64,000 bases of DNA from Eledone cirrhosa (Eukaryota). The stretch spans positions 157,914,001-157,978,000 of the forward strand of contig OZ024740.1 in the NCBI GenBank assembly GCA_964016885.1, in the 5' to 3' direction. Made by a program: the position numbers and the translations under genes. Of the stretch, positions 37,712-51,839 are shown one piece after another. The number at the start of each line of letters is the position of its first letter. The first letter of the stretch is position 1. Under the pieces are notes generated by a model. It was given only the letters and a program-made list of their open reading frames with translations. It was not told the DNA's origin and ran no database searches.

Positions 37712-40700
37712 CGACCTTATATTGAAAGAACTAAGGAAAAAGTACAAGGTAGCAAGTAAGGACGAACTTGAAAAACTGAATACAGATGCATCTTGTATAA
37801 TGCATGAATTAGACATTAAGAATAAAACACAACCCTTCATACCTAGGAAACCCAAGATCAATATGAAGGATCACAAAAGAAACTTTGAAAATGATTTACC
37901 AGTCAGATTAATTGCACCATCTAAATCTGACCTGGGAAAACTTAGCAAAAATATTCTAGACAGGGTAATACAACAAATTATAAACTTACCTAATTTATCT
38001 AACTTAAAATTATGGAAAGGGACTAGTGAGGTTATTGATTGGTTTAAAGAAATTAAATATAACTATAATAATAAGTTTATTCAGCTGGATATTGCTAACT
38101 ACTATTCATCTATCACTCCTAATCTACTGAATAAGGCACTAAATTACGCATTTAAACATACTGACCTAACTAGCAATGAAATGCACATTATATTATCGGC
38201 AAGGAAAACATTGATAGAATTTAATAACCAACTCTGGACTAGGGCAGATAGAAATAATAATTTCGACATAACTATGGGATCATCAGACTCAGCTCAGGTA
38301 ACGGACCTTGTGGGACTATTTATAATTAATTCGCTACATAGAAAAATACCAGGTGTAACCGGAGGATTATATCGTGATGATATGCTTTTACTTATAGAAA
38401 ATAATAGCTGTGAACTAAATAGAAAAAGAAAACAAATTATACAATTTTTTAATTACCTTAATCTAAAAATAGAAATAGAGAATAACCATAGAATAGTCAA
38501 TTTTCTTGATGTAACACTAAATCTCAACACATGTCTTCATTATCCATTTCACAAACTAAATTAGAACTTGAATTATGTCAACTTTAACTCTAATCACCCC
38601 AGATCTGTTAAAAATACTATAGTGAACTCTGTTCAAGAACGAATTTCAAGAATTTCATCTAATAAAAATATATTTGATGAAAAAGCGGAGTATTACAACG
38701 AAGCGTTAGGTAGAGCTGGGTATAGAAATAAAATTAAATACATCGATAATAATAATAATAAGCAAACTAACCAAAATAATAACAATTTCAATTACGGTAA
38801 CAACTTTAACAACTATAATAGAAAACATTACAATAATTCCAAAAGCCGAAAAAGAAATGGAACTAGAAATATATTATGGTTTGCTCCCCCTTTCTCACTA
38901 AATATTAAAACCCCTATTGCTAAACTATTCTTTAAAGCTCTTGACAAACGCTTCCCTAGAACACATAAATATTACTCAATTTTTAATAGACACACTATAA
39001 AATTAACTTACTCGTCCACCAAAAATTTAGCACAAAATATTAATAGAATTAATAATAGGAATTTAAAACCTAACCAAAATACCAATAATAACCCAAACAA
39101 TATTCAATTAAATAACTGTAACTGTAGAAATAAATCTAACTGTCCGTTAAATAACAACTGCTTAGCTAAAAATGTAGTGTACAATTGTAATGTTAAAACT
39201 AATTTAAATTCATTTAACTATGTTGGTTCCACCTCTACAGAATTTAAATTTCGCTTCAATAATCATAAGAATTCTTTCACAGATCCAAACAAAAAATCTT
39301 CAACTTCGCTATCTAGCCTACTATGGGACCTAAAACAAGATAATATTAAATATTCGATGAATTGGAATATTATTTCTAAAGCTACTCCCTTTTAATTCCT
39401 CTTCAGAAAATTGTGATCTTTGTATTGTTTATATTAAAGTCCAAAAATTCCCTTAATCTAAGGAACAATTTATTCAGTTGCTGCAGACATAGGTTGAACT
39501 CAACGTTTAAATATAAATATAAATTTAAAATGTAGTATAATTAATTAAGTAATTTAGTTAATATATGAAACCTGTCGATAAATCATTAGATTCCTTCACC
39601 TTTTTCTTTTTAAACTTTCTTCCTAAATATATACATGGATATAATAAACTACTCTAAAATCTCTATACTTCCAATGTATTAAATAAAATATACGTAAGAT
39701 AAATGTCTATACTAAATATAAGGTTATCTGTGGGAATCATTGGGGTTTTTAAATCTTTTAAATTATTTTTATTTATTTGTTTTGATTCTGATAGCTTCTC
39801 ATAACTTTCATAAGTCCACCCTTTCAATATCTTGATTGAGATATACGTAGGATAAATTTCTATACTAAATATATAAAACATATTATTTTAACTTAAGTTA
39901 CTCTATAGTGTTTTAAAGATATTTAATGCTTTGATATTTCTAGATTTCTTTTGAATATACTGATATAGTTGCATTTCCAAAATATATTCCTTTGGTATTT
40001 TAAATTTATATTGTTATGCTTATGTTTACAAGTTATAATCCTTTAGTAATATATTGATATTTGATTATCTCTATACAAATGCATATGTGTGTATTAACAT
40101 GCATATTAATCGTATATATTTATGTATATATACTGTGAACTTTTTATAACACAAGGAATGTATAGCAGTGATTAAGAGAAATCATTTACGTTTTGTATGG
40201 CTATATTGTTGGCTTGAGTAAACATAATTTCTATTTCCAGGACGTGCGTATGTGTGTGTATATATATATATACATATATATTTGTATGTCTTTGCATAAG
40301 ATACTGATCTCTATACCAAGGGTACATTTTGAACGATTTAACTCAGATTTTGGTATATTGATCTCAAGTTTTTAAACTAAACATATAGTCATTATTGAAC
40401 AATGTTTAATTTCTCATATTATATATATATATATGTCCCATTCATGAATATTGATACTTATATTTTTATTATTCATTTCATATAAATTGTTAACTCAACT
40501 TAATATGACATGACGTAGAGTTATCATTGTCTCCCCCTCTCTCTATATAGTATTTCTCTTTCTTGAGTTTCTCTATCTGTATGATGACTTGATATCTCTC
40601 TGTTGCTTTCCTTTGTTTTTCTTATTTCTTCCTTTTTTCTTTCTTTTTTATTTCCTCCTATCTTTATTTATCTCTTTCTTTTCTCCATACATTTCTCTCT

Positions 40701-41001
40701 CCGATATTTCTCCAGATTTTCTTTCTCTCTCTCCGTCTTTTTTCTTTTTTTTCTTTCTCTCCGTCTTTTTCTAATTGTGCTTAACACTATGACTTATTAA
40801 AATAATATAAACAAATCACTATCCAGACAGCCTCCAAAAGTAATGGTTGCATTTTAAAAGGGTACGTCAAAGCTATTTGTAAAACTGTTATATATTGTAT
40901 TTTGTCTGATGAAGGCATACCATAATTTAATGTGGTATCCCTGAAATATGTATAATGAAATAAATATGGTTTTATAAATATAGTTTCCATTTATTAATAT
41001 C

Positions 41002-41002
<1 letters not shown>
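37712..41002 (+). mobile_element. Penelope-like element (probably Nematis-type), 5'-truncated: RT + GIY-YIG, long 3' region ending in an HHR
   Basis: VRLIAPSKSDLG, QLDIANYYSSI, TMGSSDSA, GLYRDD, NFLDVTL; CNCR..CPL..C..VVY..YVGST..FKFRFNNH; one stop at 38562 and a frameshift near 39393. Confidence 0.9.
40898..40962 (+). ncRNA. Type I hammerhead ribozyme, intact core
   Basis: tattttgt-CTGATGA-aggcataccata(atttaa)tgtggtatccct-GAAA-t(atgt)a-TA-atgaaata. Confidence 0.8.
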
Positions 41003-41036
<34 letters not shown>

Positions 41037-41424
41037 AACATAAATTATCGAGATTCGCATTTCGGCCCACGAAATAACAAAAAACAACCTCCGAGATGTG
41101 AGGCAAATGCTCAATATATATATATATATATGTGTGTATATATGTAAGTATGTGTGTGTGTAGAGAGAGAAAGAAAGAGTGGGGAGGAGTGAGGAGGATA
41201 TAATCCGTTTCCCAAATTTCACTCGCATGGTATTGGTCACACTTAGACAATAGTAGAAGATATGTGAACGAATCTACAACCACATAGTTGTGAAGTGCTC
41301 TTATTAACAACGCAAATACACCTGCACTTCTATCAATTTTTTTAAATATCTGATACGGTATTTCTATAACTTATTCAGGTAGGGATTCAATAATCCCAAA
41401 TCCACCGCAGCATGTAGAGATTAG

Positions 41425-41536
41425 AGTTTGGGTTAAGAGATGGGGTTAAAGGTTAGGATTAAGTTAGTTGGGGTTAAAGGTCAGTATTAAGTTAGTTGGG
41501 GTTAAAGGTTGTATTAAGTTAGTTAGGGTTAAAGCC
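41425..41536. repeat. ~28-bp minisatellite with GGGTTA motifs
   Basis: Units of ggggttaaaggt..attaagttagtt repeated about three times. Confidence 0.8.
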
Positions 41537-41563
41537 ATGCTAGAGTCCTTTAACGAAGGATAT

Positions 41564-43788
41564 TTTAGCAGCATGGAATTATAAATGTTATTGAGACACG
41601 AGTAACATAATAATGACGTCAACAGGAGAAATTAGAGATGAAATTTATGTTTATTTTTGTTATAGCACAAATAATGTTTAACTTGTATGGTTGAAGTTAC
41701 ACATAAAATGAGGTTACAAAAGGGAATGTGCCATTGCGCCGGAAAGCCGGCAGGCCAAGGTGCAAAATCTCACCGTCACATGTACGTGTTGCTGGTTCGA
41801 AGTTCCTCGTGCGAGAGGAAGATTCTTCAAATCTTCGCGGGGAATTTCTCCCTCAGGACGCGTAGGGATACATCCTCTTCTACTGGCGCTGATTGGCTGA
41901 GCTGAGCCAAATCACGCACAGAGAATATATGTGAGCCCGCGGAATGTAGGTCACTACAATACTCCCCTTCTAGATGGAAGTCGATACAGATTATTGAATC
42001 AGCAAGAACAAATGCTGAAAGAGCACATCAGTGAAAAAATAATTGAGCAGAAGGATGCATGCAAGAAAAAAAATGAAGCGCTAAGGGCCGTGTTGAGCCG
42101 CTGTGTCAAATGACTAGCTGTTTTGTAGTTTATACGTGACCACCAAAGGTCTAACAGAAAACGGATAAAGTCTGACATGGGCGAAGTTGCCGTTCTTACA
42201 TTAAATGTTAATGGTAAGTGTTGTACCAGTAGCTGTGGATGAAGCTATTATGGTAGTTTACCAGTGCTGGCAAGAAGATGGTGGGTAGGCGAGAAAATGT
42301 TGGCCTCCCAGATGTATTGCCGAATGTGCTAGGGAGCCAGGAAAAAATGGCTGGTTGCTTTGAAAAGAAAAAAAGCAAGTTGAATCTGTAGGTGGGTTGC
42401 AGTGTAAATTTCATAATTCAGGTGAATCCACAGAAGTGGTGGAAATGCTGACAAGTCCAGTTCTATTTGTTGTTTTCCTAGTGAGTCGGGTAAGGTAACA
42501 AGATGGAGGTTGTTATGGACGATGAGTGTGCAACGAGATGCGAAACTGTTTGAGTTCAGCTGCAATTAGCATTCTCGTGTTGCGGTGCCTGTTTGAATCC
42601 AGGTGAATTAAGCTCTATGAGTCGCTAGCATGTGACGGCACCTCAACCAGGTGAAAAGGGATCTCGCAGAATATTACGTTTGAAGAACATATACTAAGAA
42701 CAACATGTTGGTAGGTGACAAAGAAATGTGTGCATATGCAGGCATGTAAAACAGCAAAGTATGTGAATGAATAAAAACCATGAGCAAGCAAATAGCAAAA
42801 GAGCACAAAACATTCAAAGTCAATATAAGGGAGCAGAGAAATTAATGCTCAATGATAAGTTCAAAGTTTTTCAAAGTCAAATAGTTCACACATCACCAGT
42901 GTACAGACTTTCTGACACTAGTTCTATCTGAAAACTGAAAAAGAAGTTTGTTAATGCCACTAGGGGTTAGATGTATATTGTTTTTGAGAGTTTTCGTGGC
43001 CATTTTACCGTCCTGCCACCTTGTGTGACATAAGGTTGTGTTGCTTGTTTGTATTGCAGAAGCCGTATCAAAAGAAAAAAAATGTCTCCGGGCTATAATT
43101 TTGAAAATACATGTGAAAGCATAGAAATAAACAATATGATGTGTGGTGGTTGCGTCGGTAAGGCTATGAAGCTGCCATATCACTATTCCCTGTTGTTGGT
43201 TAGTGGTTAAACAATGTTGTCGCTGCTGCTGCTGCTGCTATTGTTGTTGTTGTTGTTGATTGTAGACAGGACTTGTCGGTAGCCATTTTGAAATTTCCTC
43301 GTGGCGAAAAGTTTTTGAAATACTGCTAATTTTTTTAAAATTTTAAAAGGAATATTTTGTATTTACAATATTCCTCACGTCAGGTCACCAATTTAGCAGC
43401 ATGGATTATATATGTTATTGAGACACGAGTAACATAATAATGACGTCAACAGGAGAAATTAGAGATGAAATGTATGTTTATTTTTGTTATAGCACAAATA
43501 ATGTGTGTTAACTTGTATGGTTGAAGTTACACATAAAATGAGGTTACAAAAGGGAATGTGCCATTGCGCCGGAAAGCCGGCAGGCCAAGGTGCAAAATCT
43601 CACCGTCACATGTACGTGTTGCTGGTTCGAAGTTCCTCGTGCGAGAGGAAGATTCTTCAAATCTTCGCGGGGAATTTCTCCCTCAGGACGCGTAGGGATA
43701 CATCCTCTTCTACTGGCGCTGATTGGCTGAGCTGAGCCAAATCACGCACAGAGAATGTATGTGAGCCCGCGGAATGTAGGTCACTACA
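41564..43788 (-). mobile_element. Non-autonomous Gypsy-type (CsRn1-like) LTR retroelement, structurally complete
   Basis: Near-identical ~395-bp LTRs at 41564-41958 and 43392-43788; ATAT TSD at 41560-41563 and 43789-43792; PBS TGGTGACCTGACGTGA next to the 5' LTR (tRNA-Trp-like); PPT AAGGGGAG before the 3' LTR; no pol. Confidence 0.88.
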
Positions 43789-44834
43789 ATATAAATAAGA
43801 AATAGTTATTGTTGTTAGATGGATTAACATGGTTGTTAGAGGAAATAACATAAATAATAATAATAAATGATTTTGTTTATATATGGTTTACTTCACGGGG
43901 ATCAATTAAAAAGTACAATAAAACAGTTACCAAGAGTTGTTAATTTTGTTATTGTTGTTGATGTGAAAACAGCAAGCGAACAGATAATGTTGTTGTTGGA
44001 AGTTGGAGTCCGTGGTAGTAATTCTGAGACCGTGGTAAGGGAGGGAGAGATATGATTTGTATACCTCTGTTATCGTCTGTAGTAACTGTGAACCACCGTG
44101 GCCTGCAGACAGCAGTGAATCTTCCACATTTGTGTTCTATAGTAGTAGGGCTCCAATCACTGTATTTATGTAGACCTCTGGGGTCTGTAGTAACTGTGAA
44201 TCTTTACATAGTTGCTAGCGTAATGCTGCGATCTTTCTTGTCTTTCTGTAGACCACTGGGGTCTGTTGATTGTGGTGAATCTTTCACATGGCTTGTTCTG
44301 TAGGGGAGTGCTCCGATGTCTCTATGTAAACGTGGGATGATACAGGCTTTATATACCTATCGCTTCCTGTCTCCTCCATCCTTGAGGGGATAGCCAACGC
44401 ATCAACCTGTTCACACCAAAAGGGTGATGACCCAGAATTTGACCTTTAGGTGTCACCCAAGGTTCAAGGCGCGGACTGATTTCGCTACAGTCCCACCTTC
44501 AGATTTGAATGTTAACTCTGTTTTGTCGTTTCTGTAGCGATGTTTATGTTGGCGTTTTCAGTTGTTGAATTAATGTTGAATTATGTTGGTCTTTTCAGTT
44601 GTTGAATTAATGAGTTAGTAAAGGCATCTCTGCTTTGTTTGTAGAATTTTTCAATTTGAAAAAGAATGGCTGTAAATACCATTTAAAAGTCTCTGGGGAA
44701 CTTTGGTTTCATATCGTAATTTCGTTAAAACATATGTGTACAGCTGAGTAAGTGTATATGCCAAACTGTTACAACCATCTTTTTGTTTTTCTTTCAAGCT
44801 TTTCGATAATCTTTCAGGTATATATTATTGTATA

Positions 44835-45785
44835 CTAGCCGAATTACCCGCGTCTTGCTGCGTTCTTTTTGTAAGAAAATAATGATTGGTTTTAAATCAG
44901 AGATATAATTTATGGAGAAAAACTCTGCATTTCAATATTGCTCAATGTAAAATGTAATGTATGAAAAATTTGAAAACATTATTTTTTGTAATATATCAAA
45001 TCAGAATTACATTATTAAATCTTATTCTTATATTGTTTCTTGTAAATAATTTTTTCAAAATATCAATTCAAAGGTTTTGTGAATAGGCATCATATCTTGT
45101 CATTTACCTATGGTTTAAATTTCATATAAATCGAAGGGAAAAAATTTGCAGTGGGGGTTTGTACCTCCGAGGAGCCATAATAGGAGGTTTAACCCCATCA
45201 GGGTGTCTTAATATTATTGAAATTTGCTGAAATTTTGTGAATAGGCATCATATCTTATCATTTACCTATGGTTTAAATTTCATATAAATCGAAGGGAAAA
45301 ACCTTTCAGCGGGGGTTTTGTGATTCTGGGGAACACTTTGATTAAAATGAAATGTACTTATCCAAGTACTCTGTGCAAGTTTCAGAATATATATGGTTAT
45401 GGGGGTCTATCTCCAAAACCATAGGAGGAGTTCGTGAAATCTTGTTCCGTTTATTAGCCAAAACTTTCACTATAGAGGATTTAACCCCCATTAGGGTGTC
45501 TTAATATTATTGAAATTTGCCGAAAATTTGTGAATAGCATCATATCTTGTCATTTACCTACGGTTTCAGTGGTTTAAATTTCATATAAATCGAAGTGAAA
45601 CAAATTTCAGCGGGGGTTTGAACCCCCGGGGAACCCTTTGATTAAAATGAAATATACGTCAGAAATTGAATGGGCATGAGACCCACATACGTGTTAAGTT
45701 TCATCAAGATCGGTTTGGTAGTTTTTTTAGTTTTAGGTTCACAAACACACACAAACAGACAGAAATTGCCATTTATGTATATAGA
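44835..45785 (-). mobile_element. Complete non-autonomous Helitron with internal tandem duplications
   Basis: Minus strand A|TCtatatacataaatgg ... gacgcgggtaattcggCTAG|T, no TSD; repeated blocks tgtgaataggcatcatatctt.. at ~45078, 45237 and 45530. Confidence 0.85.
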
Positions 45786-45872
45786 TTGTTCCCGGCTGCA
45801 CTCCGAAGCGTAGAAATATAATGTGCAGAGACGTTCCCGGTATTTAAGAACTTCAATATGTTTAGAGAAAAA

Positions 45873-46045
45873 GGCTGGTGGATTAGTAGAATTGGTAGAG
45901 CTTCGGATAAAATGCTTTTGCGATATTTGTTCTGGTTCTTTAAATTCTGAGTTTAAATTCCGTCGAGGTCAACTTTGTCTTTCATCCTTCCGGAGCCGAT
46001 AAAATAAAGTACTAATCAAGTACTTGAGTTGGTTTAATCAACTTT
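45873..46045 (+). mobile_element. tRNA-derived SINE with Nin-like domain
   Basis: ctgagtttaaattccgtcgaggtcaactttgtctttcatccttccggagccgataaaataaagtac. Confidence 0.75.
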
Positions 46046-46099
46046 GCTTAGATTAGAGACGTGGATCAACAGATATTGCTGTACTCAAGTCACGAATTC

Positions 46100-46640
46100 A
46101 TTCCCTCTTTAAAGCAAGGTAGACCATTTTTGGATCCTATTTATGTGATGGAGGGCAGGTTGTTTTATTGTCGTTCTATCAATTGTATATGCCAATAGGT
46201 CATATATATTTCGTTTGTCTTTACCTAACATCCATTTAGTGTCATTTGTACTGCTACCGTGTGTGATCTATTGTATATCTTTGTATATATATATATAATT
46301 AAAAGAATCTTGGATCCTGAACGGTTCCTGCACATATCACACAGTTTTTGGATTAGCCACAACCAATGTATTTCTTTTTCAGAAAGCCAAAGATCCACTT
46401 ATGCAACTTTCCTTTTATATTAATGTTTTTTACTATTGGTGAAATCAGTTATACACCTCTAAATCAGAGACATACACAGCCAACCTTCGATTCTGATAGC
46501 AAATGTTAAAATTTGTATTCTGTATTGTTAAAATTTGTATTCTGCAGTTTCTTCCGGGAAGGAAACCGTGATGGAACTTCTGTTGGTTTAAATAATTTAT
46601 TGCCATTCTGTATATGATTCTACACACAACATTTGAAAGG
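46100..46640 (-). pseudogene. Very old CR1-like RT remnant
   Basis: HHGFLPGRNCRIQIL resembles QHGFxxGRSCxTQLL. Confidence 0.5.
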
Positions 46641-46784
46641 AATTAGAACTGAAACAGATTTTATATGTATGCCTGTGGCTTACATTTACCTTTGTAAATC
46701 GGAATTAGTATTTTTGCTTCCTTAAGCATTTCTGGTAGTCGCCAACCGTCTAAATAAAACTAATATAGTGTTTTGAAAGGGCAC

Positions 46785-46856
46785 GCGCACACACAGCAGA
46801 CACGCGCGCGCACACGCGCACGCACACCCACACACACACACACAGACACACACACA

Positions 46857-46912
<56 letters not shown>

Positions 46913-46942
46913 GCACACACACATACACACACACACACACGC

Positions 46943-46997
<55 letters not shown>

Positions 46998-47034
46998 GCG
47001 CACACGCACGCACACATGTATATATATATATATA
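46785..47034. repeat. (CA)n microsatellite
   Basis: Direct reading. Confidence 0.95.
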
Positions 47035-47836
47035 CGGTATATAAGGATGCAATTCACTTCTAGCACTCAACGTCATATCTAATATATATTTGTGAAATGG
47101 GTGGTGGTTTAAATTCAGTTGTGCACGGTTAAATGGTAGTAGACGTGGTCGGACGGACATGAAAATTTACACACCTATGTAAAAAGTGCCAAGGAAGCAA
47201 ATAGACGAGGTTTCAAATCTCTAACTTGAAAGATGTGGTCCCTGTGGCCCCAAAACGGTCTATTTACTATCGCGTTCGGTGAGTTATTTCCCCCTGTTCT
47301 AATACTTTTGTCTTATTTACAATTTCATACAAATAAAGCAGTAAATAAAGGATTGTGAGTTCATGCAATTGTTTATGTTTCGTCACTATATATATATATA
47401 TATATATATAATATGAAAACGCTTTAATAAAAAAAATATCAACTGTAATGTATGTATGCATGTATTTATGTGTTTATATGAGCGGGGATATACAAGTAAA
47501 TCTTACTTTGTGGACAGCTGCCCCTTAGCATAATATTCATGCTAGAACAGCATATATTTGAAAGTTTTCAGGGAGTTGAATTACTGATTTTGGATCGGCA
47601 GCTTTAGCTTTGAAAAAATGAAATGTGCAGTGTAAACATGTTTTATTATTCCTCCGGGGATGAATCTGCTCTGCCTTTTTTCCATCTCTTTCTTTCTCTC
47701 TGGAAGAAATCAGCCGTAGTAAGACCTAAAAAAATGGTTAGATACACCATGACGCACCGTGCATCACGGTGGAGTTGAAAAGCAGACTCAGAACATGGCG
47801 TTGTGTGGGGGTGGCTCGCAGCCCAATGTTCCAGGG

Positions 47837-47933
47837 GAAGAAGAAGAAGAAGAAGAAGAAGAAGAAGAAGAAGAAGAAGAAGAAGAAGAAGAAGAAGAAG
47901 AAGAAGAAGAAGAAGAAGAAGAAGAAGAAGAAG
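47837..47933. repeat. (GAA)n tract, possibly the tail of a short LINE 3' remnant
   Basis: About 32 GAA units. Confidence 0.9.
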
Positions 47934-48631
47934 GTTTGCGCTGGAGTTCTATGATTCTTTTTGTCATTCATATATAAACAAATCTACTATATAAATTGGA
48001 AGTGGTCGGACGTTGTTTATGTAGTCGGATAAACGTCGAAACGGCTTGGTGGAATGCAGCGACAATTTACACAGTTATGCAGAATGACCCGAGGAGGCGT
48101 TGGGTCGACTTTCAAGCTACAAGTTTCCATGGTTGCGGAGAAAATCGATGAAACAGGAATTTCCCATTCAAATTGAACTGAGAGTAATCTGTGAACGCAG
48201 AAGTAAATATTTCGAGAAACGTTGCAACCGAAGGAAAACAGGAACACGATATTTTGGTCCGTGAAGACGTTCCCTGGTAATGAACGGGAAACAAGAGAGG
48301 ATAATACGTCGTTATGTAGAGTGTGAAGAACAATTTCATGCAAAGACAAGACCAAGTTTATGGTATAAATGGAGTCGTTAGACTAATATTCTATTTAAAA
48401 TAACAGAATGATTTTCAGTCTCGGAGTTTAAGAATGATGTAAATAAAATTGAAGACGAAAATGACAGTGGTTATTAAAATAGTAAAAGTAAATAGTGAAG
48501 ATTTAGGCCAGTACATACGTATGCCCCGACGGACATACACATACATATGCACACACAAATACATACCCCCCACACACACACACATACACACGAACGCACG
48601 CGCGTATGTATAAACCTTATGCATTTCTACA

Positions 48632-49050
48632 GTATTTTCACCAAACTTAAGACATAGGTTACTTATGTACTCCGGATGGTCATGGGCACTGTCATTTTGC
48701 CAGATATTGATTATAGGGCTTCCCGGCAGATAACCCCTTTAACCACTTTAACCACTTCCTTGGAGTCGACTGAAGCACTGCAATGCAATGCAACAAAACG
48801 TCATAACTTCTGGAGTTCGCAACCGATTTTCACAAAACTTGACACATGGGCTACGTTTGTCCTAGGGATGAATGTTAACTCTCCGAATTGGCACATATTG
48901 GGTAGGGGACCCCTGGGGGCAGGAACTCCCTTTTGGAAAAAGCCGATGATTTTGTAAAAGTATAGTTTTCGAAGCAGCACTGAAGTATTGACATAAATGG
49001 TATACACAACTGCTATTTAATATCCGAGAAACGCCGGGTACCTCTGCTAG
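48632..49050 (+). mobile_element. Non-autonomous Helitron 3' part
   Basis: Copy of 23936-24348 ending ccgggtacctctgCTAG|T. Confidence 0.82.
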
Positions 49051-50271
49051 TTACTTCCTAAAACAAGGATGGCGGAGTATATTAATAAAGAGGAAAATGC
49101 GAAGTTGAAGATGTCCTTTATTAATTGGGCCGTTATGCATATTTCAATGACGATCGATATCGTGATTTCTTCAGACAGCAAAAATTGATTATAAGGTAAC
49201 ATTTTCGAGGCAATTTTGGGTGGAAGGGAGCGGACTAAAAAAAAGTGTGTTTTTGCTTGGAGTGGCCTCTCCCTTCTAGTTTTCAGAACATCCCGACAGC
49301 CCTTCTTAGTCACAGCGGTGTGGGTGGCTGACAACTCGACTACAACCTAGAGTACCACCAACCTTATGTGTTCTCTCTATTTACCAGTCCCTCACCACCT
49401 CGGCCGACAACTCTATACGGTCAGTTGGAGTTCAGACCAGCCGAAATTTATTTACTGCTAGTCTTCAAAATTTTGCGTTCGTACCCGCTGCCCGTTTATG
49501 GCGGGACAATATACAGACCATCAACCCCAAATCGAGAAAGTTACCTACTGCTATGGTTAATATAACTTATAGAAAACATTAAAGGTTTCACAACCCGCAA
49601 ACCCAGAATAAATACTAGAACTCAGACGTTAAGAGTTAAGAGTTAGAAGACCGGAGAGCTATACAACAGTCATTAAGCTATGAAAAAATTGTATTAGGAA
49701 ATGGGTTCAGAGCTAGATATTAACTTGTACTGGCGAGAATGACAGGCAATATTTAAAGTATCTAATGCAACAAATGTAAAAATTAAAAAAAATAAATAAT
49801 CGAGTAATTGGTATCCGGTCAATCCGGTGGAGACAAATAATACTTTGATGATTTAAGGAAAAATGTAAGAAAAGATACAAATGAGTAAGGATGAACAGGA
49901 AAAATGGTATCATAAAGAGAATAAAGGGAAAAAAATACATACATATATATATATGTAAAAAAAAGAATTGTAGAGAGTGCATGAGAGAAAATGCAGGGAA
50001 ACATCCGTGTTAAATGTCTGAGTGGGGGCGTGTTGTAGAGAGTCAGCTATATTCACATTGCTTCGGGTGTTTTGGTCCGTGCAGTTGCAGCCGGGTGCAC
50101 TTCACTGGCTATCAGTGGTTATATGAGGCCGGGTGGGACCCGACAGATCTGCCTTCCAGGCTTTTGCATGTAGAATAAGAGGTAATTGTTGCTTTCAACT
50201 TCGCATTTATTTTCCTCTTTATTATATATATATTTATATATATATATAATAAATATATATAAATATATATA

Positions 50272-50335
<64 letters not shown>

Positions 50336-50393
50336 GGTTTGAGGTTCACCACTGGATAGATTTTATCTATTACATTCACTTATTATATTTCGA

Positions 50394-50451
50394 ATACCTG
50401 ATGATATCACCGGATTCATACGGAACCCGGTCATTGAAATGATCATAGTAT
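50394..50451 (+). ncRNA. Type I hammerhead ribozyme, intact core, in a ~170-bp island between (TA)n tracts
   Basis: atac-CTGATGA-tatcaccggattc(atacg)gaacccggtcatt-GAAA-t(gatc)a-TA-gtat; the base of stem II is mismatched. Confidence 0.7.
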
Positions 50452-50493
50452 AATAAACCTTTCAAGGATTTACACATATCCAGCCTCCTGTCA

Positions 50494-50650
<157 letters not shown>

Positions 50651-51412
50651 GAGACGAGACAAACACAGTAATGCAAAATCACAAAATCTCATTAGGTTCA
50701 CAATGGGAATGAAAATTAAGAAAAAAGAAATCAGATATTAGTTCTTCATCAGGAAAGAGCAAAGTTCGGAGAGAGATGAGGTTGGATAAACGGATACTGA
50801 AAGGTTTGAGAAAAAAAAAAGTATATTCAAAATGGGCGAGTAGTGCTGCGTGGGGGTGGGGATGAGGAGGGCGAGGTGAAGAGTCAAGGTGTATTATTGG
50901 TACTTTTGCGTAAATGCAGATAAAGTGCATTTCGAAGGTGTACATTAGTTCTCCTTTGTGTGTGTATGAGTGTTTTGTGTACCGTTGGTGGAAGTCTGTG
51001 TATCAAGTGTGTGTCTGTGAAATATTTATGCAGTGTGTCTGTGTGTATTTATGTACGAGTGTGTAGGTGTGTGTTTATGTATGTGTATATACACGTGTGT
51101 CAGTGAATTGTTTTTTATGTATTTTTATGTGTGTGTGTGTGTGTACAGGTTTGTCTGTATGTATGTGTATGTTTATATATGGGTGTGAGTGGTTGGGAGT
51201 GTTTATATGTTTTATCAGTGAGAGTGAATGAGAGAAAGAGAGAGGGGGAGAAGGGGAGGTGGAGAGAGAGTCTGTGGTGGTGAGACCAAAGAGAGTTCTA
51301 ATCATGGGAGTACTCAATGCACGGGGAGGTACAGAATAGGCATAGAGATAGACATAATCCCGACCGTAGCGTCAAGTGATTTCGGCTTGGCGCCGTAGTC
51401 GGTATTGTACCC

Positions 51413-51470
<58 letters not shown>

Positions 51471-51784
51471 CATGAGAAGAAAGAAGAATACTGCGTGGTT
51501 GCACATGGGTTACATATGATAAAAATAGTCCTTCGTCAGTGATTTGCGAACCATCATTGATATTTCATCGCATTAAAAATCATATACCTCAGGTTGGTGC
51601 GAATATAGCTAAATAAAGCTATTGGGACAAGTAAATCGCGTAAAGCGAGTGAGACAAGTAAACAACATAGAAGGATGAAAGCAACGCAAAGATGGGAATA
51701 AACAAGCAACATGGTTATCCGGTCACCATAAGCTGGGTGGATTTCATGAGCGATCGTGATACAGACCGTCCGATGTGAGCAAGA

Positions 51785-51832
<48 letters not shown>

Positions 51833-51839
51833 TTATTTA

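Noticed and set aside
41425-41536. Interstitial telomere
   Set aside because: Only scattered GGGTTA inside a 28-bp minisatellite, not a (TTAGGG)n array
41687-41905. Duplicated 72-aa ORF (also 43505-43735) as a small gene pair
   Set aside because: Lies inside the two LTRs, antisense to the element
47759-47994. Poly-E/K/R protein ORFs
   Set aside because: (GAA)n repeat translated in three frames
51370-51410. Further degenerate hammerhead-like strings (also near 36360-36405, 51520-51545 and 52845-52897)
   Set aside because: Two or more core changes or a missing GAAA half
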